A DNA stretch of 64,000 nt from an uncultured Actinomycetes bacterium. GTDB lineage: Bacteria > Actinomycetota > Thermoleophilia > Gaiellales > JALYLC01. The notes under the pieces are model-generated. The model searched no databases and was not told where the DNA came from. It worked only from the letters and a program-made list of their open reading frames with translations. The stretch spans positions 435,590-499,589 of the forward strand of contig CAWCFJ010000008.1 of NCBI GenBank assembly GCA_963794695.1, given 5' to 3'. Shown piece by piece: positions 1 through 10,871 of this stretch; positions within the stretch are counted from its first letter, which is position 1, and the number at the start of each line of letters is the position of its first letter. Position numbers and translations under genes: made by a program.

Positions 1-7
1 GAACACG

Positions 8-33
8 GGAATAGCAGGACGCAATCGCACGTT
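8..33 (+). promoter_or_regulatory. SigR/SigH-type (thiol-stress ECF) promoter
   Basis: GGAAT(8-12)-N18-GTT(31-33) matches the actinobacterial SigR/SigH consensus and lies directly upstream of a glutaredoxin. Confidence 0.65.
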
Positions 34-44
34 CGCATGACGTA

Positions 45-302
45 ATGGCAGAGATCACCGTCTACTCCACGACCTGGTGCGGGTACTGCGACCGGGCCAA
101 GGCCCTGCTCAAGGCCCGGGGCATGGAGTACACCAACGTCAACCTGGACGACGATCCCGCGTTCCGCAGCAAGCTCCTCGAGCTCACCGGGCGCATGACC
201 GTCCCCCAGATCTTCATCGGCGACCAGCTCGTCGGTGGGTTCATGGAGCTCCGGGAGCTCGACCGCCAGGGCACGCTGGCGCAGCTCGTCGAGGCTGCCT
301 AG
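45..302 (+). CDS. grxC: Glutaredoxin 3-like protein
   Basis: 85 aa, WCGYC active site, TVPQIFIG..VGG motif. Confidence 0.9.
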   Translation: MAEITVYSTTWCGYCDRAKALLKARGMEYTNVNLDDDPAFRSKLLELTGRMTVPQIFIGDQLVGGFMELRELDRQGTLAQLVEAA

Positions 303-306
303 CGCG

Positions 307-1114
307 TCAAGGCTCCACCAGGATGGCGCGCAGCGCCGCCTGGTCGTCCGCGTCGATCCCGAGCCCGTCGGCGAAGTAGCGCTCGATCGTGCCGTGCCTG
401 GTGCGCAGCTCGTCGAGCGCGCTGTCGAGGTACCCGGGCTCGACGCCGAGCACCGGCGTGAGCAGGTCCGGGTCCCCGCCAAGCTCCTGGAAGCGGTCGA
501 TGATCGGCTTCAGCGCTGGCAGCAGGTCGCGGTTGGTGAGCAGGAAGTCGGTGCGCACGTCCTCCTCCGAGACCCCGCACAGGAGCAGGATCGAGGCGCT
601 GCCCCAGCCCGCCCGGTCCTTGCCGGTGGTGCAGTGGAAGAGCGCCGGGCGGCTGTCGCCGTCGAGGAACCGCCGCCACATCGCCCCGTAGGCCGCGCGG
701 GCGCTCGGGAGCGAGACCAGCTCGCGGTAGGCGTGCTGGAACAGGATCTCGGCCTTGCCGTCGCCGATCAGGTCGCGCGCCAGGGCAGGGTCGTCGAGGA
801 TCTTCGCGAGCTGGGCCGGAGCCATGTCCTTCGAGTCCGCGAGCACGTCGCAGACCACGCCCTCGACGCCGTCGGGCAGGTGGTCGGGCCCGGCGCTCGC
901 GCTCGTCGGCCGTCCGCAGGTCGAACACCGTGTGCAGGCCGAGCCCGCCGACCAGCGCCACGTCGCCGCCGGCGAGGCGGTCGAGCGCGGTCGAGCGGTA
1001 CAGGACGCCGTGCCGGATGCGGCCGCCGTCGGCCGTGGGCCAGCCGCCGAGGTCGCGCAGGTTGAGGAGCGTGGCGACCACGATGTGGGCGCCCGGCTCG
1101 GTCTTCGTCGACAT
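307..1114 (-). CDS. Tyrosine-protein phosphatase (Y_phosphatase3/IphP-like), one frameshift
   Basis: NLRDLGG, LYRS and DLRT in one frame; P-loop HCTTGKDRAG in another frame. Confidence 0.85.
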
Positions 1115-1181
1115 GCCGGTGAGCCTCGCGGGCACGCCTGCGGCCGGGCCTCACCCGAGGCGGGTGACGTCAATCGGCCAT

Positions 1182-1517
1182 CTAGTGCTGGGTGTCGTGC
1201 AGGATGGCCGTGGTGGCCTCCTGCGCGTCCGGTGCGGTCTCGAGCAGGAACCGCCCGAGCCGCTGGGCCTCGTCCTCGTCCAGCGAGACCGCGGCCTGGG
1301 CGACGCCGTCGCGGTTCCAGATCGAGAAGCGCACGTGCCGCTCGCCGTCGTCGGTGGCGAGGTAGCGCGTGACGCGAAGGCCCTTGCCGCGGTCGAACGC
1401 CAGGCCGGCGTGGGCCCGGAACAGCTCGACGATCTTGCGCCGCTGCGGGGCGGCGCAGTGCGGGCAGTAGCGGAAGGTCGGCTCGACCGACCGCTGGCAG
1501 CGGTTGCAGCTCGTCAC
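1182..1517 (-). CDS. Zinc-ribbon domain protein
   Basis: N-terminal CxxC-x9-CPHC, 111 aa. Confidence 0.7.
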   Translation of the reverse strand: MTSCNRCQRSVEPTFRYCPHCAAPQRRKIVELFRAHAGLAFDRGKGLRVTRYLATDDGERHVRFSIWNRDGVAQAAVSLDEDEAQRLGRFLLETAPDAQEATTAILHDTQH

Positions 1518-1541
1518 GGGTGGCCCTTGCGCATTGCCCTC

Positions 1542-1569
1542 AATATACGCCCGGGCCCACCGGTAACAA
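1542..1569 (-). promoter_or_regulatory. Sigma70-type promoter for the zinc-ribbon gene
   Basis: TTGTTA-N16-TATATT on the minus strand. Confidence 0.45.
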
Positions 1570-1590
1570 ACCCGTGGATCGCCTACGGCA

Positions 1591-2013
1591 TCAGAACAGC
1601 TGCTGGCTCGAGCGCGACAGGAAGAAGCCGTGGCCGCTGCGGTTGGTGCAGCGAAGGCCCGCGGTCGAGGCCTTGCAGGTGAAGCCGGCGCGGCGCCAGG
1701 TCCTGCCGTAGCCGAGGGTCTGCGAGTGCGGGTCGACCGCGGTGTCGCCGACGCACAGCAGGCTCGCCCGGCCCGTGGCGTGCAGGCCGAAGGCGTTCCC
1801 GTAGTCGAGGTCGCAGCTCTTCGGCCGCGCCGGGCGCGGGTTCGTGAACTGGTTGACGTCGCAGCGCAGGATCGAGCCTTCGAGGGCGCAGCCGATGTTC
1901 TTGCTCGGCAGGTGGAAGAAGACCAGGCCGGCGGCGCTCGCCGAGGAGGCGGCCGGCCCGATCGAGAGGAGCGCCGCCCCGATCAGGGCGGCGCGGAGGG
2001 TTCGGATGGACAT
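1591..2013 (-). CDS. Secreted Cys-rich protein (DUF6636-like)
   Basis: Signal peptide, F-x-PSKNIGC, C-terminal GFTC...GLRCTN..GHGF.LSR. Confidence 0.75.
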   Translation of the reverse strand: MSIRTLRAALIGAALLSIGPAASSASAAGLVFFHLPSKNIGCALEGSILRCDVNQFTNPRPARPKSCDLDYGNAFGLHATGRASLLCVGDTAVDPHSQTLGYGRTWRRAGFTCKASTAGLRCTNRSGHGFFLSRSSQQLF

Positions 2014-2067
2014 GGGCTCGAAGCTACCGGCGGGGAGCGCGGCGCCGTCCACCCCTATGCTCGGCGC

Positions 2068-2518
2068 ATGTCCGACTCCGACACCACGCGCCGCAGCGGC
2101 GCCGGCTGGTGCGCGGCGGCGCTGGCCGACGTGCCGGGCGTGCCGACCGCGACCGATCCCGGCGACCCCGACTGGAAGGCCCTCTCCCACTACCTCGGGA
2201 TCGGGGCGTTCGGCCTGAACGCGTACGTCGCCCGGGCCGCCGGCGACGAGCTGGCCGCCGAGCACGACGAGGCCGGCAGCGGGCACGAGGAGGTCTACCT
2301 GGTGCTCGCCGGACGCGTCCGCTTCACGGTCGGCGGCGAGACCTTCGAGGCGGGTGCCGGCGAGGTCGTGGCCGTGCGCGACCCGGCGGTGACCCGCGCC
2401 GCAGAGGCGCTCGAGCCCGGCGCGACGCTGCTCGGCGTCGGCTGCCGCGGCCGGCTGCTTCGAGACGAGCTGGTCGCCGCGGCACTTCGAGAACGCCGCC
2501 CGCCACCCCGCGCTGTGA
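2068..2518 (+). CDS. Cupin domain protein (3' end probably frameshifted)
   Basis: EHDE..GHEEVYLVLAGRVRFTV..ETFEAGAGEVV cupin motifs. Confidence 0.75.
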
Positions 2519-3184
2519 GCGACCCGCGCTGGGCAGCCGTCGACCGCTACGTCGAGGAGCTCGTGGTGCGGCCGGACGACCTGCTGGCCGAGGCCCTGCG
2601 GGCGAGCGACGCCGCGGGCCTGCCGCCGGCCCACGTCTCGGCCACCCAGGGACGGCTGCTCGAGCTGCTGGCCCGCCTCGTCGGGGCGACCCGGATCCTC
2701 GAGATCGGCACGCTCGCCGGCTACAGCACGATCTGGCTCGCCCGGGCGCTGCCGGCCGGCGGCCGGCTCGTGTCGCTCGAGCTCGACCCGGCCCACGCCG
2801 AGGTCGCCCGGGCCAACCTCGAGCGCGCCGGGCTCGGCGGCCTGGCCGAGGTGCGGGTCGGCCCGGCGCTCGACGGCCTGCAGGAGCTGCTCGACGAGGC
2901 GGGCGGGCCGTTCGATCTGGTGTTCATCGACGCCGACAAGCAGGGCACCCCGGCCTACTTCACCGCCGCGCTGGCGCTGACCCGCCCCGGGAGCCTGATC
3001 GTGGCCGACAACGTGGTGCGCGGCGGCGGCGCTGGCCGACGCGGACGATCCCGACGAGCGGGTGCGCGGGGTGCGGCGGTTCCACGAGCTGGTCGCGGCC
3101 GAGCCGCGGGTGTCGGCGACGACGATCCAGACCGTCGGCGTGAAGGGCTACGACGGCTTCACGCTGGCGCTCGTCGGCACGTAG
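2515..3184 (+). CDS. O-methyltransferase (Methyltransf_3), frameshift near 3030
   Basis: ILEIGTLAGYSTIW, FDLVFIDADK, ADNVVR, then TIQTVGVKGYDGF. Confidence 0.9.
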
Positions 3185-3609
3185 CGCTGCACGTGGGTGC
3201 GGGCGTACGCCCGGACGGCCGGATCGACCGACGGCACCCGGGCGTAGACCAGCACCGCCGCGGCCCCCGGCCGGGCCAGCCGGGCGACGAGCTGGTACTC
3301 CCCCGGCCGGAACGCGCCGTGCGGGCTCGGCCGCAGGTAGGTGACCACGCAGAACGCCACCCGGCCCTGGCCGGGAACGGTCGGCTCCTGGCAGATCCAC
3401 GGCGTCGGCGGAAGCGGCAGGCCGAAGCTCCAGTAGACCGGGCTCTCGGGGCCCGAGCCAGTACAGGGAGCGGCCAGGCGGCGAAGCTGGCGCGCGCCGC
3501 CTCGGAGCTGCTCGGCCCGGCTCGGCCCGGTCACGCCGACCTGCCGGGCCACCGGGGAGCTGCAGCCGGCGGCCAGGAGCGGCAGCACCGAGAGCCAGGC
3601 CAGGCGCAC
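3148..3609 (-). CDS. Hypothetical lipoprotein
   Basis: Lipobox LLAAGC; follows the P1 peptidase on the same strand. Confidence 0.45.
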   Translation of the reverse strand: MRLAWLSVLPLLAAGCSSPVARQVGVTGPSRAEQLRGGARQLRRLAAPCTGSGPESPVYWSFGLPLPPTPWICQEPTVPGQGRVAFCVVTYLRPSPHGAFRPGEYQLVARLARPGAAAVLVYARVPSVDPAVRAYARTHVQRYVPTSASVKPS

Positions 3610-3613
3610 CGCG

Positions 3614-4564
3614 TCAGAGGTCGCGCAGCGCCGGGCAGCCCGGCGCGGACGTGGCCTCGCGGACCGCGGCGCGCACCGCCGCGGCGGTCACGGCGGCCGC
3701 CACCGGGCCGAGCGCCAGCGGCGTCGCCGGCTCCAGCACGCCGGTGGCCACCGCGAAGGCGACGTCGCCGTCGAGCGCGGTCGCGGCCGGGTCGGTGGCC
3801 CGGGCGATGCCGGCGTGGGCGGCCCGGGCGAGCTGCCAGGCCTGGGTCTTCGTGAGGCTCGCGTCGGTGGCCACGCAGACCAGCGTGGTGTTCTGCCCGA
3901 CCGGGCCCCGCTCGAGCGGCTCCTCGGCGAGCGTCGTGGTGGTGCGCACGAAGCTCCCGTCGCGCCGGAGCCCCGCCAGCACCTCGCCGTCCTCGCCGAT
4001 CACGTCCCCGAAGGCGTTGGCCACGGCGATGGCCGAGACGGTGATCCCGTCGTGCAGCCGCCAGCTCGCAGCGCCGAGCCCGCCCTTGACCCAGCCGTCG
4101 CGCCCGTCCCGCTTCCCGACCGTGGCTCCGGTGCCGGCGCCGACCGAGCCGACGGCGTGCCCGCCCTCGGTCGCGGCCCGGAACGCGGCCGCTCCGTCGG
4201 CAGGCCCCGGGCGGACGTCGGCCCGCCCGAGCGGCAGGTCGAAGATGACCGCCGCCGGGACGATCGGGACGTTCGCGACGGGCGTCGGGTGGCCCCGGCC
4301 CTGCTCCTCGAGCGCGTGCATCACCCCGTCGGCGGCGGCCAGGCCGAAGGCGCTGCCGCCGGTCAGGAGGATCGCGTGGGCGCCCTGCACCGAGCCGGCC
4401 GGGCCGAGCAGCGCGGTCTCCCGGGTGCCGGGCGCCAGCCCGCGCACCTCGCACGAGGTGATCGCGCCGTCGGGCAGCACGACGACCGTGCAGCCGGTCC
4501 AGGCGTCGGTGTCGGTGTGGTGGCCGACGGCGATGCCGCCGACGTCGGTGAGCCGGCCGCTCAC
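3614..4564 (-). CDS. P1/S58 (DmpA-like) aminopeptidase
   Basis: LTDVGGIAVGH, APGTRET, LTGGSAFGL, GAGTGA, NTTL, DGD motifs. Confidence 0.9.
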   Translation of the reverse strand: MSGRLTDVGGIAVGHHTDTDAWTGCTVVVLPDGAITSCEVRGLAPGTRETALLGPAGSVQGAHAILLTGGSAFGLAAADGVMHALEEQGRGHPTPVANVPIVPAAVIFDLPLGRADVRPGPADGAAAFRAATEGGHAVGSVGAGTGATVGKRDGRDGWVKGGLGAASWRLHDGITVSAIAVANAFGDVIGEDGEVLAGLRRDGSFVRTTTTLAEEPLERGPVGQNTTLVCVATDASLTKTQAWQLARAAHAGIARATDPAATALDGDVAFAVATGVLEPATPLALGPVAAAVTAAAVRAAVREATSAPGCPALRDL

Positions 4565-5398
4565 CGGCGGGCCCTCGGCGCCCGCTGGCAGTGCGGGCAG
4601 TAGTGGGTGCCGCGCTGGCCGACGACGATCCGCTCGATCGGGGTGCCGCAGCGTTCGCACGGCTCGCCCGTCCGGCCGTAGACCGCGAACCGTTCCTGGG
4701 CCGAGCCGTAGCCCCCGTCGGGCCGGCGGAAGTCGCGGATCGACGCGCCCTGGGCCTCGATCCCCTGCCGCAGGACGTCGCGGACGCCCTCGTGCAGCGC
4801 CGCGACCCTCGCCCCGCGGACCCGCGCGGCCGGGGTGCGCGGGTGGATCCGGGCCCGCCACAGGGCCTCGTCGGCGTAGATGTTCCCGACCCCGGCGACG
4901 ACCCGCTGGTCGAGCAGGACGGCCTTGATCGGCGCCTCGCGGCCGTCCAGCCCGCGCCGCAGCTCGCGCGCCGACCACGGGCCGAGCGGCTCCGGGCCGA
5001 GGCGCTTCGCGATGTACGCCGCGCCGTCCTCGACGTCGAGCAGCGACCAGGTGCCGAAGCGGCGGACGTCGGTGTAGCGCAGCGAGCGAGCCGTCGTCGA
5101 GCACCAGCTCGGCCCGGGTGAACGGCGGCCGCTCCTGGCCGTCGGCGGTCCACAGGAAGTTCCCGGTCATCCGCAGGTGGCAGATGAGCACGTGCTCGCG
5201 CGAGAGGCGGAAGACGAGGTACTTGCCGCGCCGCTCGAGCCGCTCGATCACCAGGCCCTCGAGCCGCCCGGCGACCGTGGCCGGAAGCTCGGGCATCACG
5301 AGCCGCACGTCGAGGATCTCGGCCGCCGCGATGCGGCGTCCCTCGACGTGGGGCGCAAGGCCCCTGCGGATGGTCTCGACCTCGGGGAGCTCGGGCAT
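4561..5398 (-). CDS. mutM: Formamidopyrimidine-DNA glycosylase, one frameshift
   Basis: MPELPEVET, RRGKYL, HLRMTG, C-terminal zinc finger. Confidence 0.93.
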
Positions 5399-5417
5399 GC
5401 AGGGCTAAGCTTTCCCG

Positions 5418-5708
5418 ATGCCTCGCGACAAGGTGACGGACGACCAGCTGCAGGAGCACCTGAAGACCCACCCCGAGTGGTCGGTGAAGGACGGCGCGCT
5501 CTTCCGCGAGCTCTCGTTCCCCGACTTCGTGAGCGCCTTCGGGTTCATGGCGTCGGCGGCGCTGGTGGCCGAGCGGATGAACCACCACCCTGACTGGTCG
5601 AACGTCTACGGCACCGTCAAGGTGGCGCTCTCGACCCACGACGCCGGCGGGATCACCGCCTCGGACCTCGAGCTGTCGGCGGCGATGGACGAGCTCGCGA
5701 AGGCGTAG
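5418..5708 (+). CDS. phhB: Pterin-4-alpha-carbinolamine dehydratase
   Basis: AERMNHHPDWSNVY, THDAGGIT. Confidence 0.93.
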   Translation: MPRDKVTDDQLQEHLKTHPEWSVKDGALFRELSFPDFVSAFGFMASAALVAERMNHHPDWSNVYGTVKVALSTHDAGGITASDLELSAAMDELAKA

Positions 5709-5718
5709 GCCGAGGGCA

Positions 5719-5747
5719 GGAACCGACCCCCGGCCGGGGAAGTCAAA
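5719..5747 (+). promoter_or_regulatory. ECF sigma promoter
   Basis: GGAACC-N17-GTCAAA, 6 nt before the GTG of the GerMN lipoprotein. Confidence 0.55.
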
Positions 5748-5753
5748 CGGTCG

Positions 5754-6621
5754 GTGCGTGCGCTTCCCTTCCTCCTGCTGATCCCGGCCGCTGCCGCCCT
5801 CGCGGGCTGCTCGGCCGGACGCGACACCTCCTCACGCGACCCGCAGACGCGGACCGCCATCGTGCGGGCCGCTCCGCCGCAGCGGACGGGCACCACGGCC
5901 CAGCCACCGTCCGCCGTAGGCGTCGACGGCGACGGCCACGACGCCCGCCTCGCGGACGGCGGTGACCGTGTTCCTGCTGCGCGACGGCGCGCTCACGGCG
6001 GTCCGCCGGGAGGTGCCGCACACCCTCGGCGTGGCCCGGGCGAGCCTCGAGCAGCTGCTCGCCGGCCCGACCCAGGCCGAGTCGACGGACGGGCTGACGA
6101 CCGCGATCCCCGCCGGCACGACGCTGCGCGGGGTCACGCTGGCACGGCGGGACGGTCACCGTCGACGTGACCGGAGCGTTCTCGTCGAGCGAGGCCGATC
6201 CCGGCCTGCGCGTGGCCCAGGTGGTCTACACGGCGACCCAGTTCGCGACGGTGCACGACGTCCAGCTCGAGCTCGACGGCGCCCCGCTCGGATCGCCCCA
6301 GGGCCGCGCCGACCTCGACCAGCAGGCGCCGCAGATCCTGCTCGACCGCCCGACCGCCGGCCAGGCCGCGAGCTGCCCGCTGCGCGTGTCGGGCAGCGCC
6401 GACACGCCCGAGGGCGCGCTGACCGTGGAGCTGCGCGGCAGCGACGGCGCGCTCCTGGTCAAGAAGGACATCACCGCGTCGTCCGGCTCCGGCGTGCGCG
6501 GGTCGTTCGACACCACGCTGCGTGCCAGGCGACCGGTGCCGCGACGCTGACCGTGTACGCGCTGTCCGCCGAGGACGGCGCGCCGGCGCACCGCACGGTC
6601 GTCCAGCTGACGCTCGGCTAA
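5754..6621 (+). CDS. GerMN + Gmad2 Ig-like lipoprotein, frameshifted
   Basis: Lipobox LAGC; LEQLLAGPT..E..GLTTAIP and AQVVYTATQF (GerMN); LRVSGSADTPEG...RGSF (Gmad2). Confidence 0.8.
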
Positions 6622-6622
6622 G

Positions 6623-7929
6623 CTAGCCGATCGTCTCGATCAGCACGGACGGCCGCTCGACCGGCGCCTCGCCGAGCTCGACGCCGACAGCACGGTCTGT
6701 TCGGCGTGCGTCGCCGCGGCCTCGCTGCGCGCGTGGATCTCGGCCAGCGGCGCGCCGGCGTCCACCTGGTCGCCGACGGCGACCCGCAGCACGACGCCGA
6801 CGGCGTGGTCGATCGGGTCGCTCTTGCGGGCCCGGCCCGCGCCGAGCTCCATCGCCGCCTGGGCGATGCCGCGCGCGCCGACGCGGGCACGTGGCCGCCG
6901 GCGCGGCGCCTCGACGGTGCGCACGACCGGGGCGCGCTCCATCACCGACCAGGGCTCGTCGGCGACGCGCGGGTCGCCGCCCTGGGCCTCGATCCAGCGC
7001 TCGAGCGCCCGCACGGCGTCGCCCGAGGCGATGGCCTCCTCGGCGCGGCGGCGGCCCTCGGCCTCGTCCACGCCCAGGTCGGAGAGCACCAGCAGCCGCG
7101 CGGCCGAGGCCAGGACCAGCTCGACGAGGTCCGGCGGGCCGTTGCCGCGCAGCGTCTCGACGGCCTCGGCGACCTCGAGCGCGTTGCCGACGGCGCTGCC
7201 GAGCGGCTCGTCCATGCGCGTCAGCTCGCAGACCGTGGGCCGGCCGGCGCGCTCGCCGAGCCCGCGCATCAGCCGCGCCAGCTCGCGGGCCTCGTCGAGC
7301 GTGCGGGCGAACGCGCCGTCGCCGACCTTCACGTCGAGCAGGATCGCGTCGGCGCCGGCGGCGAGCTTCTTGGACATCACCGAGGTCGCGATCAGCGCCG
7401 GCGCGGGCACCGTCCCGGTCACGTCGCGCAGCGCGTAGAGCGCGCCGTCGGCCGGCACCAGGTTGGCCGTCTGCGCCACCACGGCGCAGCCGACGCGCCG
7501 CACCTGCTCCACCATCTCGTGCACGCGAGCGCGATGCGGAAGCCGGGGATCGCCTCGAGCTTGTCGAGCGTGCCGCCGGTGTGGCCGAGCCCGCGGCCGG
7601 ACATCTTGGCCACCGGCACGCCGCAGGCGGCCACCAGCGGCGCGAGCACGATCGTCGTCTTGTCCCCCACGCCGCCCGTCGAGTGCTTGTCGACCACCCG
7701 TGCGGCCGAGGCTCGACAGGTCGACGGTGTCGCCCGAGCGGACCATGGCGTCGCACAGCGCGTCGGTCTCCGCGTCGGTCAGCCCGCGGAAGACGACCGC
7801 CATGCACCACGCGCTCATCTGCTCGGGCGCCACCTCGCCGGCCAGGAAGCCGTCGACCAGCCAGGCGATCTCGGCGGCGGCGTGCTCGGCGCCGTCGCGC
7901 TTGCGCTCGATCAGGTCGACGGCGCGCAA
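6623..7929 (-). CDS. pdp: Pyrimidine-nucleoside/thymidine phosphorylase, frameshifted
   Basis: [45 protein letters not shown]. Confidence 0.93.
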
Positions 7930-9086
7930 AGGGTGATCGGCTCGCCCGGCAGGGCGGCGTCGTGCTTGCCGGTCAGCCAGGCGGCCACGGTGGCGCCGAC
8001 GTCGGAGAACCAGCCGTCGTGGTGCGCCGGCGCGCGGCCGGCCGGGCGTGTGCGCCAGGAGCAGCGCGTGCTCGCGCGAGTGGTCGGTCGACGGCGTGGT
8101 GGGGTCGCAGCCGTGGTCCGAGGTGAGGATCAGCAGGTCGTCCTCGCGCAGCTCGCGCGATCAGCGCCGGCAGGTGGGCGTCGAACTCCTGCAGGCAGCG
8201 GTGGAAGCCGTCGGGGTCGTTGCGGTGGCCGTAGATCATGTCGGTCTCGACCAGGTTCGTGAAGATCAGGCCGTCGTCGATGTCGTGCAGCAGCCGGGCG
8301 GTCGCGGCGATGCCCTCGAGGTTCGACGCGGTCGGCATCGAGGTGTCGATGTCGCAGCCGGCGAAGATGTCGGCGATCTTGCCGACGCCGTGCACCTCGT
8401 GGCCGGCCTCGCGGATCCGCGTGAGGTGGTTCGGCCGGGCGGGGTGCAGCGAGTAGTCGTGCCGGTTCGCGGTGCGCCGGTAGGCCCCGGGCTCGCCGAC
8501 GAACGGGCGGGCGATGACCCGGCCGACGGCGTGCTCGCCGGTCAGGATCTCGCGGGCGGTCTTGCAGGCCGCGTAGAGCTCGTCGAGCGGCACCGTCTGC
8601 TCGTGCGCCGCGATCTGGAAGACCGAGTCGGCCGACGTGTAGACGATCCACTTGCCGGTGCGCTGGTGCTCCTCGCCGAGCTCCTGGATGATCTCGGTGC
8701 CGGACGCGGGGACGTTGCCGAGCACGCCGCGGCCGGTGCGCCGCGAGAACTCGTCCATGATCTCCTGCGGGAAGCCGTCCGGGTAGGTCGGCATGGCCAC
8801 GGGCGTGATCACGCCGGCGAGCTCCCAGTGCCCGGTGGTGGTGTCCTTGCCCTGGCTGCGCTCCCGCAGGCGGCCGGCGACCGCGGGGGCGCGGGCACCG
8901 GCGGGCAGCCCTGCAGGTGCATCACGTTGCCGAGGCCGAGCGCCTGCAGGTTCGGCAGCTGCAGCCCGCCGACCGCGCGGGCGACGTTGCCGAGCGTGGA
9001 GGAGCCCGCGTCGCCGAAGGCGGCGGCGTCGGGCAGCTCCCCGGCGCCGACGGCGTCCAGCACGATCACGCATGCCCGCTTCCCAT
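7926..9086 (-). CDS. deoB: Phosphopentomutase, frameshifted
   Basis: [38 protein letters not shown]. Confidence 0.93.
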
Positions 9087-9096
9087 GGCCCGGAGA

Positions 9097-9984
9097 TTAG
9101 GCGATCCGTGCGCGCGGGTGAGCACGGTCGAAGGCGCTGCGCAGGGCGGTGTCGGAGACGTGGGTGTAGATCTCGGTGGTGGCCACCGAGGCGTGCCCGA
9201 GGAGCTCCTGCACCACCCGCAGGTCGGCCCCGTTCTCGACCAGGTGGGTGGCGAAGCTGTGGCGCAGGGTGTGCGGCGTGACCTCGCGCTCGATCGACGC
9301 CTCGGCGCCGTGCCTGCGCACCAGGTCGAAGACGCCCTGGCGGCTGATCCGCCGGCCCCGGTGGTTCAGCAGGAACGCGTCGCGCTGGGGCGTCTTTCCG
9401 AGGTACGGCCGGCCCCGCGCGAGGTAGCGGCGGGCGGCCTCGGCGGCCTGGTGGCCGGTCGGCACGATCCGCTGCTTCCGGCCCTTGCCCTCGACGCGGA
9501 CGAGCTCCTGGTCGACGTCGAGGTCGCCCGGCCGCAGCGCCACGAGCTCGGAGACCCGGAGGCCCGCGCCGTACAGCAGCTCGAGCGCCGCCCGGTCGCG
9601 GAGCCCGAGCGGGGTCGCGCCGGGGTGGGTGACGAGCCGCTCGGCCTCCTCCTGGGACAGGCCCTTCGGCAGCCGCCGGGGCCGCGCCGGGAGCGGCACG
9701 ATCGTCCGGGCGTCGTCGCTGCGGGCGCCGATCCGGGTGCGGTGGCGCAGCAGCGAGCGGGCGGCGGCCAGCCGGCGGCGGCGCGTGGCCGGGGCCAGGC
9801 CGCGCCGGGCGAGGGCCTCGGCGAAGGCCACGAGGTCGTCGGCGCTCGCCTCGTCGACCCCGCGCCCGCGCTCGCGCAGGAACCCGTGCAGGTCGGCCAG
9901 GTCGCGGCGGTACGCGGCCACCGTGTGCGGCGACGCGCCGCGCTCCAGGGCCAGGTGGGTGAGGTAGTCGCCGACGGCGTCCAC
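9097..9984 (-). CDS. xerD: Tyrosine recombinase XerD (start uncertain; ORF extends to 10029)
   Basis: RDRAALELLYGAGLRVSEL, HTLRHSFATH, LLGHASVATTEIYTH; located beside deoB. Confidence 0.88.
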   Translation of the reverse strand: MDAVGDYLTHLALERGASPHTVAAYRRDLADLHGFLRERGRGVDEASADDLVAFAEALARRGLAPATRRRRLAAARSLLRHRTRIGARSDDARTIVPLPARPRRLPKGLSQEEAERLVTHPGATPLGLRDRAALELLYGAGLRVSELVALRPGDLDVDQELVRVEGKGRKQRIVPTGHQAAEAARRYLARGRPYLGKTPQRDAFLLNHRGRRISRQGVFDLVRRHGAEASIEREVTPHTLRHSFATHLVENGADLRVVQELLGHASVATTEIYTHVSDTALRSAFDRAHPRARIA

Positions 9985-10027
9985 GAGGCCCTGCTTCGCC
10001 GCGTCTGGTTGCTCTACCTTCTCGCGC

Positions 10028-10825
10028 ATGACCCTCTACATCTGCGAGCAGTGCGCCACGTACTTCGCGGAGAGCGACAGCGAGCCGGACGGCTGCCCGA
10101 TCTGCCAGGACGAGCGCCAGTACGTCCGGCACGGCGGGCAGCGCTTCGTGACCTTCGAGGCGTTCCGCGAGACGCACCGCTGCGAGCTGCGCGAGGAGGC
10201 CGGACTCCTCGGGATCGGCGTCGAGCCGTCGTTCGCGATCGGCCAGCGGGCGCTGCTCGTGCCCGCAGGCTCGTCGAACGTGCTCTGGGACTGCGTGCCG
10301 CTGTGCGACGACGACGCGGCCGCCGAGGTCGAGAAGCGCGGCGGGCTGAAGGCGATCGCGATCTCCCACCCGCACTACTACTCGGCGATGGTCGACTGGG
10401 CCCGGCGCTTCGACTGCCAGATCTACCTGCACGGCGCGGACAGCGAGCACGTCCTGCGGCCCGACGAGCGGATCGTCGACTGGGAGGACGAGACGCTCGA
10501 CCTCGGCGACGGGCTCACCCTGATCCGCTGCGGCGGGCACTTCGCCGGCGGCACCGTCCTGCACTGGCCGGGCGGCGAGGCGCTCTTGACGGGGGACATC
10601 CTGCAGGTCATCCCGGACACCCGCTTCGTCGGGTTCATGTACAGCTACCCAACCTGATCCCGCTCTCCTCGGACGAGGTCCCGCGCGTCGCCGAGGCCGT
10701 CGAGCCGTACCGGTTCGAACGGATCTCGGTGCCTGGTGGGACCGCGTCGTGCCACGCGACGGGAACGCGGTGGTGAAGCGCTCGGCGAGCGCTACGCCCG
10801 CGCTGTGCGGGGAGATCACGCCTGA
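10028..10825 (+). CDS. MBL-fold metallo-hydrolase with N-terminal Zn motif, frameshifted
   Basis: CEQC..CPICQDERQYV, ISHPHYY, GGHFAG, FMYSYP. Confidence 0.85.
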
Positions 10826-10871
10826 CCGATCGGCCCTATCGCGCTCCGGCAAGGCGGGCCATACTGCCGGC

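Noticed and set aside
2068-3184. Apparent cupin-O-methyltransferase fusion
   Set aside because: A GTGA start/stop overlap at 2515-2518 indicates two genes joined by a frameshift error.
3614-5398. Other chimeric ORFs in the track (MutM-DmpA, AroQ-PepP, AccC-NusB, Dut-NUDIX, MarR-MFS, AlaS-RuvX)
   Set aside because: They are joined through out-of-frame Arg/Ala/Pro-rich junk caused by indels and scarce stop codons at high GC.
9097-10029. Tyrosine recombinase as a prophage or island integrase
   Set aside because: It has XerD-like length and motifs in the conserved xerD-deoB-pdp context, with no att sites or phage genes.
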